From the IMG/VR virus record IMGVR_UViG_3300037067_008087, positions 18,397 through 82,396 of that record: a DNA stretch of 64,000 bases; one strand, given 5' to 3'. Below the pieces are notes generated by a model. The model was given only the letters and a program-made list of their open reading frames with translations, ran no database searches and was not told where the DNA came from. Positions 28,801 to 38,262 of the stretch are shown piece after piece. The translations under genes and the position numbers were made by a program. Every line of letters begins with the position of its first letter. The first letter of the stretch is position 1. The DNA comes from a virus. Lineage: Duplodnaviria > Caudoviricetes.

Positions 28801-29635
28801 CAACAACACCCGGAGCCGTGCTCGCGAACCTAGCAACCCTTACCTCTGGGGTTACAGACAATTCAAGAACCAACGGCACTACACCCATCAATCCATCAAG
28901 GGTAGCCCCAACAAAAGTGTCTGGCATTTCCCTGAAATCATCTGCCGCAGTCTCATACCAATCAGCTAAACCATAAAGCGGATTAGACGTCCCTTCAAGA
29001 CCCTGTATTAAAAGGCCTAATTCCTTTTTCTTGTTTTCGTCTTTCTCCCTGATATAGTTTTCCTGAAGACCTGATTTTAATTTATGTATAGGGCTATATG
29101 CGCTGAATAGCTTACTGACTAAATATCCCGGGACACCACCCAATGCGGCATCTGCATCCTCTAAAACATTACCAGCCCCACGGAATGTATTGGCGAAGTG
29201 TTTATATAAACTATTAACAGTCCCACCAGTATGAGTGAGAAAACTCTTATCCTCTATTGGCTTAGATGCCTCTATTTTGGATGTTAAATCCAATATATCA
29301 AAATCCAGCTTATCTGATACGGCATTATAACCAACAGGTTTCGGCCTTGTTATCTGAAGATTAGTAAGGTCGTTCTTGTATTGTGTCTGTAAATCATTCT
29401 TGCGCTGTGCAAACTGATCTAATGTTAGTGCCGGTACTGTAGGAGTTTCACGAGATGGTGATACAGACGTTCCACCCATCCCTTGATATGGATAAGCGCT
29501 TGTTGAAGATACGGATTCCCCTTCTTCTTTTTTTTTTAAGTATTCATCTACAGCAGATGTGCTTAATTTTTTAGTCGCTTGTTTCTGCCCAAGATATTCG
29601 TCAACGAATGATGTTTTTATTATTGGATTAGGCAT
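22856..29635 (-). CDS. 2259 aa virion cargo/ejection protein (large polyvalent protein-like)
   Basis: Position after the muzzle and cargo genes; Gly/Ala amphipathic N-region, a GNAT-like segment, K/E/P-rich repeats and a helical C-terminal region. Confidence 0.65.
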   Translation of the reverse strand: MPNPIIKTSFVDEYLGQKQATKKLSTSAVDEYLKKKEEGESVSSTSAYPYQGMGGTSVSPSRETPTVPALTLDQFAQRKNDLQTQYKNDLTNLQITRPKPVGYNAVSDKLDFDILDLTSKIEASKPIEDKSFLTHTGGTVNSLYKHFANTFRGAGNVLEDADAALGGVPGYLVSKLFSAYSPIHKLKSGLQENYIREKDENKKKELGLLIQGLEGTSNPLYGLADWYETAADDFREMPDTFVGATLDGLMGVVPLVLELSVTPEVRVARFASTAPGVVGKAVNIPKLATLEGMKGLYRGTKTGDNTKDRLKSGLVGAVEGFTAGSVLHSLGVGSGMLGNLVGQATKSAVLSGSAASLANGIGFMGYDVYNQYTQNGEVDWGTAAESLGVGIGLGLPGVPRLIGTDVKRAVIRNAYNKAAKNFMSASPKAIDLVQSMDIEPSKLRERSIELGDQAAQETNIQRKNELLSSKTLIDNIIDINAISKDVIVNPDLYRKSIQESDLPDATKKTQLDKIDKIIENNKKIQDDVDVRILDNRKEFQEPELFINEETRRTINDIDGELPVINDRIRKASDNLYEEYKRLESSKLSQTRKNTIEEIETAQKFLEKEISDLENLWQEQAKSDMFKKRSDVTAKPVIGVSEKTPSTNSIKKILKAGENTFTRKITKDGEEFGEITIEEKPEGWEVKRVDVNEEGRGFGKQVYRSLNEEAGQQGDVIKSDRPDKISSKARNMWDSLVRSEEAEKMEDGSYRMKPSANFKAKPEPVKEEVSAAVEVQPEAKVARPIKREAKAPKAEAAKEATPKVEAAKPKEETPKVEPPKAEPTPKTERADFAVGDKVKDKERGFSGVVQEVNPNGDLVVRSNEGVIAQYKDTSSSLELSKRDLVRDGVAEVKAKTEPVAEKPKPVMPEKKEVTKKEPPKNKIKPIEKKAEPKPKAIEKPKEKIKQAAEPIKEEPKETSTNPKVSDGERQYELIEGNKAGEYVVDEYFEGRGAAEQARRKLQTTNPEYSWKYEAMDYGGARTHTVSAKLKTPKAEPIKKAKGYTDLTDISREKNKGTEKPKNKIKPVEKVKQTYTDLTDLGVAEKPKIKQGVKTEAPKNKIKPTEKIKQGGITDLTKLKVNDNKNKTGIPSEKRVGEKLKQTKPDKTTSSKKTETSGNVQEKRKVVDRDIKLSTRPRMNAKGDVVGVEHYIEAGDKTYRVVESRGTWYAVNPSDPKTISAGKPFGKGAEGEKAAKAYLIRKATGIDVEAVEKKTAEKTVIPPSPKGGTALPPGMSGEQYRQWKEAQKTPEGRNKTAAEWMKDRFKEEEDKQRSKPAGAGFWDNAFNAFRTGKEKFKEKNISEGLKYWWKSYGGIPKSSARIIRSTKNAIEAVKYDTVNLLKNMTKELEGRLSDQDKKMINSAMKQFADIGDTRVIGEMIDRFETLLSDSFKEDLLQARALMDSHSRRIAQLQMINTPLAEAITARQGFYMTRTYKVHTDRRYTWENIPAAVKDAALPIFMEYNPYKSIFNQSSDLLKNPKEEWMKKNKQDAIVEAYKDGRLLDAVNDGRITASDFIDLVVSAEKANKGNFGIPEEVYNKRIKEQAEHADIATGMMKQMVEVGDIADFVLRSGPRMLDADVRSLKRRSEFLTDNPEVRELLGENTDPFYNIATTLFRQTELLAKGKMYEAIKDDLLAQGLISEHQSASKNHIAQIKLNYQFSGKPGTKALSEYYTTPEIAKNFNDLLQPKSESSLAMKLWLGSMSAAKISKTALSVKGTVRNFKSNLMNVVANGNFNTISTAKEIANQLKDRNGFTRELISRGIIGDSTNVGDIMRNIEDMSSKNSIFRVGDETLGEKIKRKTVMPALKTYAWADDVWKVYRYVSEYLRYGDVYKKMGMNDVDAIEMAKTKASDILHDTSTYYSELPRIIQLARKTPWSQTFISFPYSTMVNFLKGTELGWKEIKDPYTRNIGMQRLSGHLASIVALSAVSAYRNRKNGQSAEDVEGWKRYLPDYWKNDIITITEDHGNGTATYVNNSYMDYYGSITTPLLMVGRKAALGTLQTEDLINAAKEFVGKFVGYEMTFKAYVDLIKNSNDNGYAIYNEEDTWSNKFKDITWYLAENLYLPATITDLMKVNETRKEGGDWGHALLAMGKGAQSRKIDPVRSMQSYIFPNYKKRIESARDIYSEVLRGYNRYIAPNNMEKDQLANAKFEAEESLNNVINSIREDYYEAIRLGNKPADVSAALKNARFDADIREAIFSNRKVKLNDKGQIILGDRVE

Positions 29636-29637
29636 AA

Positions 29638-31155
29638 TTAAAACTCCTCTCCTTTATCTTTGAAATATTTTTTTAAATATTCAACAACCTCTTCTTCTGT
29701 CACTCCCGGATTTTCCTCCATTGTTTTATTTATAAGAGTCCGTTGTGTTGAAGTATAAGTTGGTGTGTTTTTAGTCACTAAAGTTCCTTCTGTCGTTGGC
29801 GCTATATTATAATCAAGCGGCAACCCTTCATATTTAGACAATAATTCGTTTTTATATTTAGCAACAGGAACCTTAACTTTTATAACCTTTTCAGTTTCTA
29901 TTTCCCCCTTATATTTCCCGTCTGGCTGTAAACTAAACTCACCATAAAGCTGTGTTGGACTATTATCATCTATTTTCTTCTCTGCTGCTGTTATCGTCTT
30001 GACTTCCTTAACCGGAGCCTTGATAGTTCCATAAATATAACCGTCTTTTATGTCTGAGAATCTTAAAGTCCCTTGCCCCGTATCCGGTAATTTACCCCCA
30101 CCAATAGGAGTTAATGTGCCGTCAAAATCTACCGGAAGAGTTTGCTCTTTATTGAAATGCACAACGTTTTCGGCGTTCTGCCCATCTAAAAGAGTCTTGT
30201 TTGTAACCCTCCAAGCCTGATCTTCGGCTCCGCTCTCCGCTGGCTTATATGGGGTCTCTTTTATGATTCTTGATGGAAATAAAGATGGCATAACATTTTG
30301 TTCACCCCACTGTGCTGCTATCTGTTGCATGATAGGATTATCCTCTAAGTCCCTAGTAAACACATCTAATCCACCTATTTGCGACTGTTGATAAACCCTA
30401 GCTAATCCTTCTGTTAAAACTAGAGATTCCTCTGGTGTGGCTATTTGTTCTATATTCCTCACTATCTCTTCAGGGTCTCCGAATAAAATCATATTATGCG
30501 TTATAGCTTTTACGTTACGTTCATCCTGTAATAAATTACCATATTCATTAATATACACTTCTGGAGGAACCACATACTCACTTGATACAATAGTTTTGTT
30601 CCCCACATTTCTTTCTACTTGCTTAATATTATCCTTATACTTATTTTGAATGGCATTAATAGATGTGTTCAAGTCTCCCCTTGTTGTCCTTAATAACCCT
30701 CCTTCTGGGAGAAGCCCAGTTTCCTCCGCTATCTTCCACCTCTCACTAAAAACATTAGGGTCATATATATCTGGGTTTTTCTGATACTTATCATATTGAT
30801 CTATAATAGCTCCCTCGTTTTGTTTAATGGTGTTATATTCTTTCATTATCTGCCCAGCTACACTCTGAATATTAAGAAGGTCTTCCGATGAGAACATCCC
30901 CCTATTAAACCCCTTCTTACCCATACTCATTGTGGTAAGCCCATTAACAAAACTATTATACATCTCCAACATTTTATCCTGATTCTTTTTAACCACGGCA
31001 TCAGGCATGTTGGTTCTTATGTTGTTGATAATAGAATTTATCTGCGTGCGGGTGCGAGTGTCTTCCGCCTGCTTTTGTTCCATGTAGGAATTAAAGCCTT
31101 GGTTTATCCCTTGTAGCAAGCCCGCTACTGCGTATTTAGTTGATATCCCTCCCAT
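29638..31155 (-). CDS. Putative virion cargo protein (505 aa)
   Basis: Synteny with the crAss-like cargo genes downstream of the muzzle; N-terminus GLLQGINQGF. Confidence 0.55.
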   Translation of the reverse strand: MGGISTKYAVAGLLQGINQGFNSYMEQKQAEDTRTRTQINSIINNIRTNMPDAVVKKNQDKMLEMYNSFVNGLTTMSMGKKGFNRGMFSSEDLLNIQSVAGQIMKEYNTIKQNEGAIIDQYDKYQKNPDIYDPNVFSERWKIAEETGLLPEGGLLRTTRGDLNTSINAIQNKYKDNIKQVERNVGNKTIVSSEYVVPPEVYINEYGNLLQDERNVKAITHNMILFGDPEEIVRNIEQIATPEESLVLTEGLARVYQQSQIGGLDVFTRDLEDNPIMQQIAAQWGEQNVMPSLFPSRIIKETPYKPAESGAEDQAWRVTNKTLLDGQNAENVVHFNKEQTLPVDFDGTLTPIGGGKLPDTGQGTLRFSDIKDGYIYGTIKAPVKEVKTITAAEKKIDDNSPTQLYGEFSLQPDGKYKGEIETEKVIKVKVPVAKYKNELLSKYEGLPLDYNIAPTTEGTLVTKNTPTYTSTQRTLINKTMEENPGVTEEEVVEYLKKYFKDKGEEF

Positions 31156-31157
31156 AG

Positions 31158-32408
31158 TTAGTAACTTATAGATGGAGTTGTTATAGGTTGAAATTGAGCC
31201 TGTTGCATTGGTATGTATGGCGTTGCTGCTGAATTATTCCCCGGTCTGTTCATGAACCATTGGGATGCCACATTACCAACCAAATTTGCCCCAGCGCCCC
31301 ATAATTGGGCGTTAGCGTTCTGGTTATTAGCCCATTGGTTATATGCCATATTACTCATATTATTCAAAGCATTTTGGGTATCTCCAGTATTAACATTTTG
31401 GGTTGCATATTGATTGTAATAATTCATATAGTTCTGATATGGATTATACTGGTTCATCTGCCATGCCTGATCCTGATATTGTGCTTGGTTTTGCAGCCCC
31501 TGTCCCATTAGGCTTGCGGCATTTAAGATAGACCGGTTTCTTAAGTCAGCCTGCTGCTGTTCCGCTGCTAGTCTCTGCTGTTGTAGCATAGTTAGTATAT
31601 TAACCGTTTGTGGAGCTAGCTGTGAATAAAAATTAGCCATATTAGCACTTGCCCCCGACTGTGCTTGTGTTAAGGCCTCCTGTCCTGTTGACCTCAATTG
31701 ACCAGCCGCCGTTGCAATCCCCTGTTGTGCGGCAAGATTCCTTTCTTGTGCCGACTGAGCCATGTTAGTCGCAGCTTCCTGTGCTGTTGCCATTCGGTTA
31801 TATACATCACCATATCTCTGCCCGAACCTTTCTTGAGCCCCCATATAGTTCTGTTGATTCTGATCCCTGTATTGTGCGTTAGTTAACGCCTGTTCCCTTA
31901 ACTGCTGTTGCTGCCCTCCATAAATATTAGATACTGCTCCAAGCACACCCTGACTAGAACCACCAAATTCCCTTATTCGATTAAGGGCTTGATTTGTATT
32001 TGCCCCTAAAGATTGTTCAAGTATTTTCTGCCCCGGCATATCCTGATTAGCTGCCCTTCTATACATACCGAGCATACCAGTCATGTTCTGTAATTCCATG
32101 CCAGCGCCCTTATTAACTAATCCCTGAGCAGCAGCGGCTCCTTGCGCATATTGATTTGCGATATTATTATAACCGGGGATCATTCCCTCTAGTTGCCCGG
32201 CGGTTCTTCCAAGGATATCATTAAATCTTTGATATCCATAAACACCAGCGTCTCCAGCTGCCTGAGTATAACCGCGAGCGTTATTTACGTTTTCATCATA
32301 TGAACCAAGTGCGGCATTAGTGAAACCCTGAGATATATCATCTACATAAATATCAGAAGGATTTAATTGGTTTATTGCCCCCATTAGTGTATCTATATAA
32401 CTAGGCAT
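31158..32408 (-). CDS. Putative virion cargo/ejection protein (416 aa, Q/N/A/G-rich)
   Basis: Low-complexity Q/N/A-rich helical sequence typical of podophage internal virion proteins. Confidence 0.6.
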   Translation of the reverse strand: MPSYIDTLMGAINQLNPSDIYVDDISQGFTNAALGSYDENVNNARGYTQAAGDAGVYGYQRFNDILGRTAGQLEGMIPGYNNIANQYAQGAAAAQGLVNKGAGMELQNMTGMLGMYRRAANQDMPGQKILEQSLGANTNQALNRIREFGGSSQGVLGAVSNIYGGQQQQLREQALTNAQYRDQNQQNYMGAQERFGQRYGDVYNRMATAQEAATNMAQSAQERNLAAQQGIATAAGQLRSTGQEALTQAQSGASANMANFYSQLAPQTVNILTMLQQQRLAAEQQQADLRNRSILNAASLMGQGLQNQAQYQDQAWQMNQYNPYQNYMNYYNQYATQNVNTGDTQNALNNMSNMAYNQWANNQNANAQLWGAGANLVGNVASQWFMNRPGNNSAATPYIPMQQAQFQPITTPSISY

Positions 32409-32410
32409 GG

Positions 32411-33118
32411 TTATTTACTTTTTCTTTTATTTAAAATCTGATTTATCATATCCATTAAGCCAGATGATCTTCTTTCATTATTCTTACCCAAGCCCTCATA
32501 AGCTTTATGACTATACCGAGCTAACGCCCCCGGGGGTGCATCGTCCCATGAAAATTCCTTAGGGATATTAGAGTTGCGCTGTGTTGTGTTTGCTGGACTT
32601 TCTTGTATTAGGGATTGTGTACCGGATGGCCGCCATACATCAGGAGCTACAGCACTAGATGAGAATTGTGACATGTCTGGCAATACAATACCGCCGGACT
32701 TGTCTTGATTGTTTAACGCCATTCCCCCAAGTGCGGTCATTAAATTAGTGTACTTATTAGCTGCATCAGGGATTTCATATTTCGGGGATTGACCAAGAAG
32801 AGTTTCAAGATTAGTCATTGCAGACCTTCTCTCTATTTCCCTTTGTTCCTGAAATTTCTTTGCGTCAGCATATTGTCTGTTAGCCAAACTAGTAGCCTCA
32901 TACTCTTCTCCGGTACTAGCTCCCTGCCCTTGTTTTTGTATTCGCTGTATTTCTCTTATGTCCGGTTCTATGCCTTTTGCCTCAGACTCTCTTATATATT
33001 CATTCACTTCATCATTTGCAGCCTCCTGTGCGCGACCCTTATCTTTCTTATCTTTTACTGACTTTCCAATCCCGCCAGCTAAGCCACCTAAAAATGCTAA
33101 TATACCACCTAGTGCCAT
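32411..33118 (-). CDS. Putative virion cargo protein (235 aa)
   Basis: Hydrophobic Gly-rich N-terminus (MALGGILAFLGGLAGGIG); first gene after the muzzle. Confidence 0.55.
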   Translation of the reverse strand: MALGGILAFLGGLAGGIGKSVKDKKDKGRAQEAANDEVNEYIRESEAKGIEPDIREIQRIQKQGQGASTGEEYEATSLANRQYADAKKFQEQREIERRSAMTNLETLLGQSPKYEIPDAANKYTNLMTALGGMALNNQDKSGGIVLPDMSQFSSSAVAPDVWRPSGTQSLIQESPANTTQRNSNIPKEFSWDDAPPGALARYSHKAYEGLGKNNERRSSGLMDMINQILNKRKSK

Positions 33119-33141
33119 TGTTATATTTTTTACAAAGTTAC
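33113..33141 (-). promoter_or_regulatory. Late promoter/leader, identical 29 bp copy 1
   Basis: GTAACTTTGTAAAAAATATAACAATGGCA on the minus strand, identical to 46222..46250. Confidence 0.75.
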
Positions 33142-33161
33142 TAATTACTATCCTATGCCTT

Positions 33162-36100
33162 TTATGGACTTGGGGTTGACACTATTGTTACATTTCTTAT
33201 GTGAGCTGCAACATTATCATCATTCTCAAGTTTACAGACTATCGTATTGCCCCTTAATTTTCTTCCCTGAAATAAGTCTATATGCCTTGTTATCCCAGTT
33301 GTTGTTGTTATGTCATACAGGAACTTAGCATGGAACTCCCCTTTTCTGCGCCTGAATCTTCGAGCCTTAAGCCTTGAATACATACGCATATATCTTCTTG
33401 TATAATCCTTGGTGCTGATAAATTCTATATCATCATCATTAACTACTATGGAATCATTGTCTGGCATATCCCAGATAACATTAGAGTTCTCATAAATAGC
33501 AAGGAACATTTTTTCATCTGATGGGTATTCGTTTCCCACAACCCAAATCTCTGATCCGTAATCAGTCCCGTAGAAGTTACCATAATCAGCGGCCGTACTA
33601 TCGTGATAATACAGATAACCATCCTTTATGGATATAAAACGAATATCCTCTATACTAGCATACATTTCAGGAATAAAAGAATAGAAACTCAGCCACCTGT
33701 TTGACGGCTCATGGAATCCTATTGTTTCACTATTGGCAGATGTAAGGTTATCTATAAAGGTTAGATAGTACATTTTCTTGTACGAATCAAAACCAGCTCT
33801 TACTAATATATTTTCTTTACCACTACCGAGAAGTGTTTCTGCTTTAGGTCTGAAATAATTCTTCATCTTATACCGGCTTATATCTTCCGTGCCATTGTAT
33901 GCTGTTCTCCATACAATACCAGATTGCATGTCAAACCCATAAATATAATTACCGTTAAAGACTATTGATTTCTTATCACTAGACCCATATGGTTCACTTC
34001 TTGGGCGGATAGAGCCTATTACACTATCTGTGTATGAAACAGTTGATTGCCCATCAGCGCCCATAGCCATCTCAGCCCCAAGATATGCAGAACTTATCTT
34101 GCTTTCCTGTATTATATTAAGCACATCTCCAGTTAATCCTATTCTTGTTATTCTACCGTAAATATCAGGAACGCTTATTTCATTATCAAAGTCTATAGTA
34201 CTTAATCCATTAACTCTTGTGTTTGGTAAAAAAACATTACTCCATAGTATATTATTTAACCTAATCTGCCTTGCATCTGGATTTGCAATGTGTGGACGCC
34301 CAATATTCTTAATCTTAGAATCGAAATAATTTGAATGGCTTTCTGATTCCATATAACAAACTATAGGTTTATCCGCATCAAATGTAAAATGTTGGCATAT
34401 CGTAAACTCCATCTCGTCTATGTAACATATAGCAGACTGTAATGCGCTTTGGCTTCTTACAGGCACTCCATACTCAGAAGATTGTGTAACTGAATGATAT
34501 GGGCTATCGGAACCCGGATTTGATATGGGGAATTTATACGGGGTTTCATAATAAATACCGGGCTTGTCTTGCTTTATTGGAGTATATAATTCAATTAAAA
34601 CATAGTCAGCCGCATCTATATTGGTAGCCGAAGTGTTGCCGCTATAATCTGGGACTACTAAATATTCATTATAATCCCCACCAAGGCCTTGTATTTCATA
34701 ATCAAGATAATCACTTAAAAGAGTTACTTGAGGCCTAACCTCACTCCCGTCAACAACAGCAGAGCCAAGTGTACCTATCCATCTTATCCTATCGCCCTTA
34801 GTGAATTGATAGGTCATATTAAAATTAGGATTATTGTCCTTTGCTTGAAACATTAAATCATCATGTTTAATATACAAAAGGCCATCTTCCCTTTTAAAAT
34901 CACTTACCTTAACAAGTGTTTTAGTATATGATTGAATATTAGTAAGTCCATAAAACACTCCCCAGTAGTGAGCCCACTTGGGCGGATCATTAGATATTTC
35001 TAGTTGTACTATATCAAAATATTCATTTGTAGTATGGGTTGACTGCTCACAATAATGACTAAGATAGACGCCGTCTGTTTCATTTACAAACCCCATTCTT
35101 CCAAACTGGTCATAATATACAATACCGAGCCAATGTTTAGCCCCGTTTTTCATTGTGCCTAACTTGACATAAAAACTATAATTAACAGAATACCCACCTA
35201 TCCAAGTACCTGCTTGATGTACTATATCTACATACCCACTAACATTATATGTCGCAGATACTATATTACCATCAATTGGAATTATTTTATTTGTGATATA
35301 ATCAGCTAATGTTGTTATTTCCGAAAGATTTATAATATGCTTCTGTAGTGATGTCTCTATAACAAAATAGTTAGTAGTCCCAGAAATAAAATATAGTCGT
35401 TTTGTTGTTGCGTTAACTGTTGCAGCCGGGTAGTATGAACACCCATCCCAAGCGGCTGATGCATAATCAGACCGAGGAGAAGAAGATGTGATATGTGTTA
35501 ATGTTACATCTACATCCACATTAGGATAACCCATGGTATTGTCGGCAAGTAATATTCTATTATCTGGCAAACATAGTATATCCCCGGATTTTACCGGCAC
35601 ATTATCATATAGTTTATTTACAATAGAATCATCCAACACCTCAACAATAGTGCTCCCATCAAACCTACAATATTCATCAGCCACATCAATGGTCGCATAT
35701 AATTTCCAATGGTCAAGAATAGAGTTCCTATATGCAAACTCCACTTTACTTACCGTATTTAAGCCGACATCATCAAGTTTGGGTAGGTGTCCGAATTTAT
35801 TTATTCCTGTATATAGTGATCCGTCCGGGCTTTCGTTATATGAATCCCCAATCCGGCTAATAGTTGACCATGCTGATTTTTCGTTATCATCAAAAATATA
35901 TCGAGCGATAAAATGACAAGGCCTTTTTATTATATCTACATTAGATTCATTTTCAGAAGACAGACCTGATATGGTATTTTCAATAATATCTGGTTGTGGT
36001 TTAATATAGCTTAATGTAAAGTTTCTATGTGTGTCCGAAGAATGGACGCTATACTGATCGCCGTAATAATCATAAGCCGTGTTGATTGCCTTATTAACAT

Positions 36101-36944
36101 TCAGTTTCATTATCGGATTAATACCATCAGTCCAATACAACATCTTGTCATCGCCATCCCCGATTACAGTAGCCATGACGGGATTATATTTATTCCATTT
36201 AGCAATAGTGGATGGGATACTAAGACTTGTGCTATTCAAAACCTCCGATAATCCCTCATTATATTTATAAACAGTTATAATATTATCAGACCATGGGGAT
36301 ACGCTACCATTAGAATCATAAGACCAAAAACAATAAAGCTCATTATCTTTAGCATAATAATATTCACCAACAATATCTTTATATGTGAAATAATTATTAT
36401 AAGTACCGTGATCACCATAAATAAATCCTAACCTTTGAGCCCCGTTTGTTTCAGATGTGTCCAGAATAGATACAATAATTTCACTTGTTAATGCTGATTG
36501 TGTTGATGTAACTGAATATATAAAATTATCCCCAAGCCCAGTTATTTTACCTGTTATACTAGATAGCGCACTAACCAAAGTGGTAAAATCAGAATGTTTA
36601 TGATATATTTTGTGCCTTCCATTATCAGTCTCTATATTTATAATAACCCCGGCAGTGTCGTAAGTCCCTTCGTTATATAAACAATAATTAGCTATATTCA
36701 AGCTATATATTTTCCTAGCCGGGGAAGTCCCGTTCGTTGGTGTTGGTTCGTATTGTCCACCTAAGGGGTCTATAATATTTTTAATTAATGAATTACCTAA
36801 TGTCTTAGTGTAGATACCACCCCTTTCACTTTTATCCAAAGAAATATTTAAACGATACTTCCCATCGCCCTTAGGCATAACAGAAAGATCATCATCCCAG
36901 TTTAATCCAGTACCAGTAACAAGTGGTATTCTATCAATTATCAT
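33162..36944 (-). CDS. Tail muzzle/stabilisation protein (crAss-like; P22 gp10-like role)
   Basis: 1260 aa, beta-rich; N-terminal GLNWDDD...KGDGKYRLN and C-terminal WLSFYSFIPEMY...YYHD, as I recall for tail stabilisation proteins; follows the ring-protein genes. Confidence 0.7.
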   Translation of the reverse strand: MIIDRIPLVTGTGLNWDDDLSVMPKGDGKYRLNISLDKSERGGIYTKTLGNSLIKNIIDPLGGQYEPTPTNGTSPARKIYSLNIANYCLYNEGTYDTAGVIINIETDNGRHKIYHKHSDFTTLVSALSSITGKITGLGDNFIYSVTSTQSALTSEIIVSILDTSETNGAQRLGFIYGDHGTYNNYFTYKDIVGEYYYAKDNELYCFWSYDSNGSVSPWSDNIITVYKYNEGLSEVLNSTSLSIPSTIAKWNKYNPVMATVIGDGDDKMLYWTDGINPIMKLNVNKAINTAYDYYGDQYSVHSSDTHRNFTLSYIKPQPDIIENTISGLSSENESNVDIIKRPCHFIARYIFDDNEKSAWSTISRIGDSYNESPDGSLYTGINKFGHLPKLDDVGLNTVSKVEFAYRNSILDHWKLYATIDVADEYCRFDGSTIVEVLDDSIVNKLYDNVPVKSGDILCLPDNRILLADNTMGYPNVDVDVTLTHITSSSPRSDYASAAWDGCSYYPAATVNATTKRLYFISGTTNYFVIETSLQKHIINLSEITTLADYITNKIIPIDGNIVSATYNVSGYVDIVHQAGTWIGGYSVNYSFYVKLGTMKNGAKHWLGIVYYDQFGRMGFVNETDGVYLSHYCEQSTHTTNEYFDIVQLEISNDPPKWAHYWGVFYGLTNIQSYTKTLVKVSDFKREDGLLYIKHDDLMFQAKDNNPNFNMTYQFTKGDRIRWIGTLGSAVVDGSEVRPQVTLLSDYLDYEIQGLGGDYNEYLVVPDYSGNTSATNIDAADYVLIELYTPIKQDKPGIYYETPYKFPISNPGSDSPYHSVTQSSEYGVPVRSQSALQSAICYIDEMEFTICQHFTFDADKPIVCYMESESHSNYFDSKIKNIGRPHIANPDARQIRLNNILWSNVFLPNTRVNGLSTIDFDNEISVPDIYGRITRIGLTGDVLNIIQESKISSAYLGAEMAMGADGQSTVSYTDSVIGSIRPRSEPYGSSDKKSIVFNGNYIYGFDMQSGIVWRTAYNGTEDISRYKMKNYFRPKAETLLGSGKENILVRAGFDSYKKMYYLTFIDNLTSANSETIGFHEPSNRWLSFYSFIPEMYASIEDIRFISIKDGYLYYHDSTAADYGNFYGTDYGSEIWVVGNEYPSDEKMFLAIYENSNVIWDMPDNDSIVVNDDDIEFISTKDYTRRYMRMYSRLKARRFRRRKGEFHAKFLYDITTTTGITRHIDLFQGRKLRGNTIVCKLENDDNVAAHIRNVTIVSTPSP

Positions 36945-37672
36945 CTCTTAGGCGTTAAATAAAACGTGCTTCTTATCATATCCATGAACTCATCATGAGA
37001 CGGAGCTTCTAAACTAACGAGCTCTGTGAGCGCTGCGCTATATACATTAAGCAACTCCTGTCTCCTACTCATCGGATAGTTATCATCAAACTTATAAAAC
37101 TCATAAAGAATATGAGCAATAAGGGCTGGTATATATTTATTAGGGATATAATTCTCTGTAGATATGTTAGTGCCTGATGTTTTATAAACAAGAACAAGTG
37201 TGGTTGATGTTGTGTTGCGTACATGTATCTTTTCTGCATCCCAATCTACAACATAATATCCATCTGTGTTAACTCCGCCCGGGGCATAATACCCGGGGCT
37301 TACTGGACTATTAACATCTTCACCTTCCTCATAATCTGTGTCTAAAGACTCAACACCACCTGTTTCTGTGATTGTATGAGTAATACTATCCCTGCGGGTT
37401 AGTGGAACTAACTCACCTGCTGCGGGCTGGTACAATCCTATAAAATCCTCCATTTCTTCGGGGAATGATATGTAATCAAGGCTGTTTAAAGTAACTTTCC
37501 TCCACATCTTCCCTTCCCATACATAGTTGAGTCTTAGTTTCCTATACCCATCAATAGCCATTTCCAGAAATGGGAAATAATAACTTCTTGGTTTCTTAGC
37601 CTGCCATAAAGCCTTCTTAACTACTTCATGTAAGGTTTGTACGCGATCCGTATGTTGTTGTACATCACTCAT
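36941..37672 (-). CDS. Tail ring/tubular protein
   Basis: 243 aa; one of four similar-sized genes between the MCP and the muzzle. Confidence 0.55.
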   Translation of the reverse strand: MSDVQQHTDRVQTLHEVVKKALWQAKKPRSYYFPFLEMAIDGYRKLRLNYVWEGKMWRKVTLNSLDYISFPEEMEDFIGLYQPAAGELVPLTRRDSITHTITETGGVESLDTDYEEGEDVNSPVSPGYYAPGGVNTDGYYVVDWDAEKIHVRNTTSTTLVLVYKTSGTNISTENYIPNKYIPALIAHILYEFYKFDDNYPMSRRQELLNVYSAALTELVSLEAPSHDEFMDMIRSTFYLTPKR

Positions 37673-38262
37673 TTAATGTCTGTTTTTAATTGAGGCATTT
37701 GTACTCCTTGTAAAATTTGCAATACCATAGAGATAACATCAACATCCCCAGTTGGCATTGTTACCGTATCATCATCGTCAAAGGATGAAAATGGTATAGC
37801 CAGAACCAACCTAAGCCCAGCTGTGGCTATATCACTTGTCATGTTTTCAGTGAACCATATCTTATCCTGACGCGGGATATAGCCAATCACCGTCGCTACA
37901 TCATGACTGAATAATCCATTAGCAAGTTCCCAGTCTGTTTCTCTTAATGGAACAAAATCTAAATCTGTTCCCTCCGCCGTGTTTACATGCCTAACAGCTT
38001 CTGCTGGGACAGAAAAAGCGACAAGTGGGGCGGGTAAGTCTACATAGTATCTACCAGTAGTTGAATCTTCCGTTGCTGCCTGACCTGTGTATTCTTTGGT
38101 TATAAAGTCGAAATCCTCCCATCGGTGTTCTGGTATAGTCCTTACCGCCTGTGCATACACCTTATCAATAGTCCACTCTATCACTTCTGGGCGACACCTA
38201 GGGGACTTTCCGGTTGGGTCTACGATAAGTCGCACATAATCAATCCACTGCTTCTTGGTCAT
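37669..38262 (-). CDS. Tail ring/tubular protein
   Basis: 197 aa; synteny; YYVDLP...VRHV pattern. Confidence 0.55.
   Translation of the reverse strand: MTKKQWIDYVRLIVDPTGKSPRCRPEVIEWTIDKVYAQAVRTIPEHRWEDFDFITKEYTGQAATEDSTTGRYYVDLPAPLVAFSVPAEAVRHVNTAEGTDLDFVPLRETDWELANGLFSHDVATVIGYIPRQDKIWFTENMTSDIATAGLRLVLAIPFSSFDDDDTVTMPTGDVDVISMVLQILQGVQMPQLKTDIK

Noticed and set aside
20788-28976. Numerous plus-strand ORFs of 60-180 aa opposite the structural genes
   Set aside because: They are antisense shadows of long minus-strand genes, with no independent promoters or motifs.
29280-29320. DFDILD near the N-terminus of the 2259 aa protein as a crAss RNAP DFDID motif
   Set aside because: It is not DxDxD and sits in a low-complexity N-terminal region rather than a catalytic core.
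30105-30140. VDFDGTL in the 505 aa cargo protein (resembles HAD motif I and the RNAP DFDGD motif)
   Set aside because: It lacks the third Asp of the RNAP motif, lies mid-protein, and no other HAD motifs are recognisable; probably chance.
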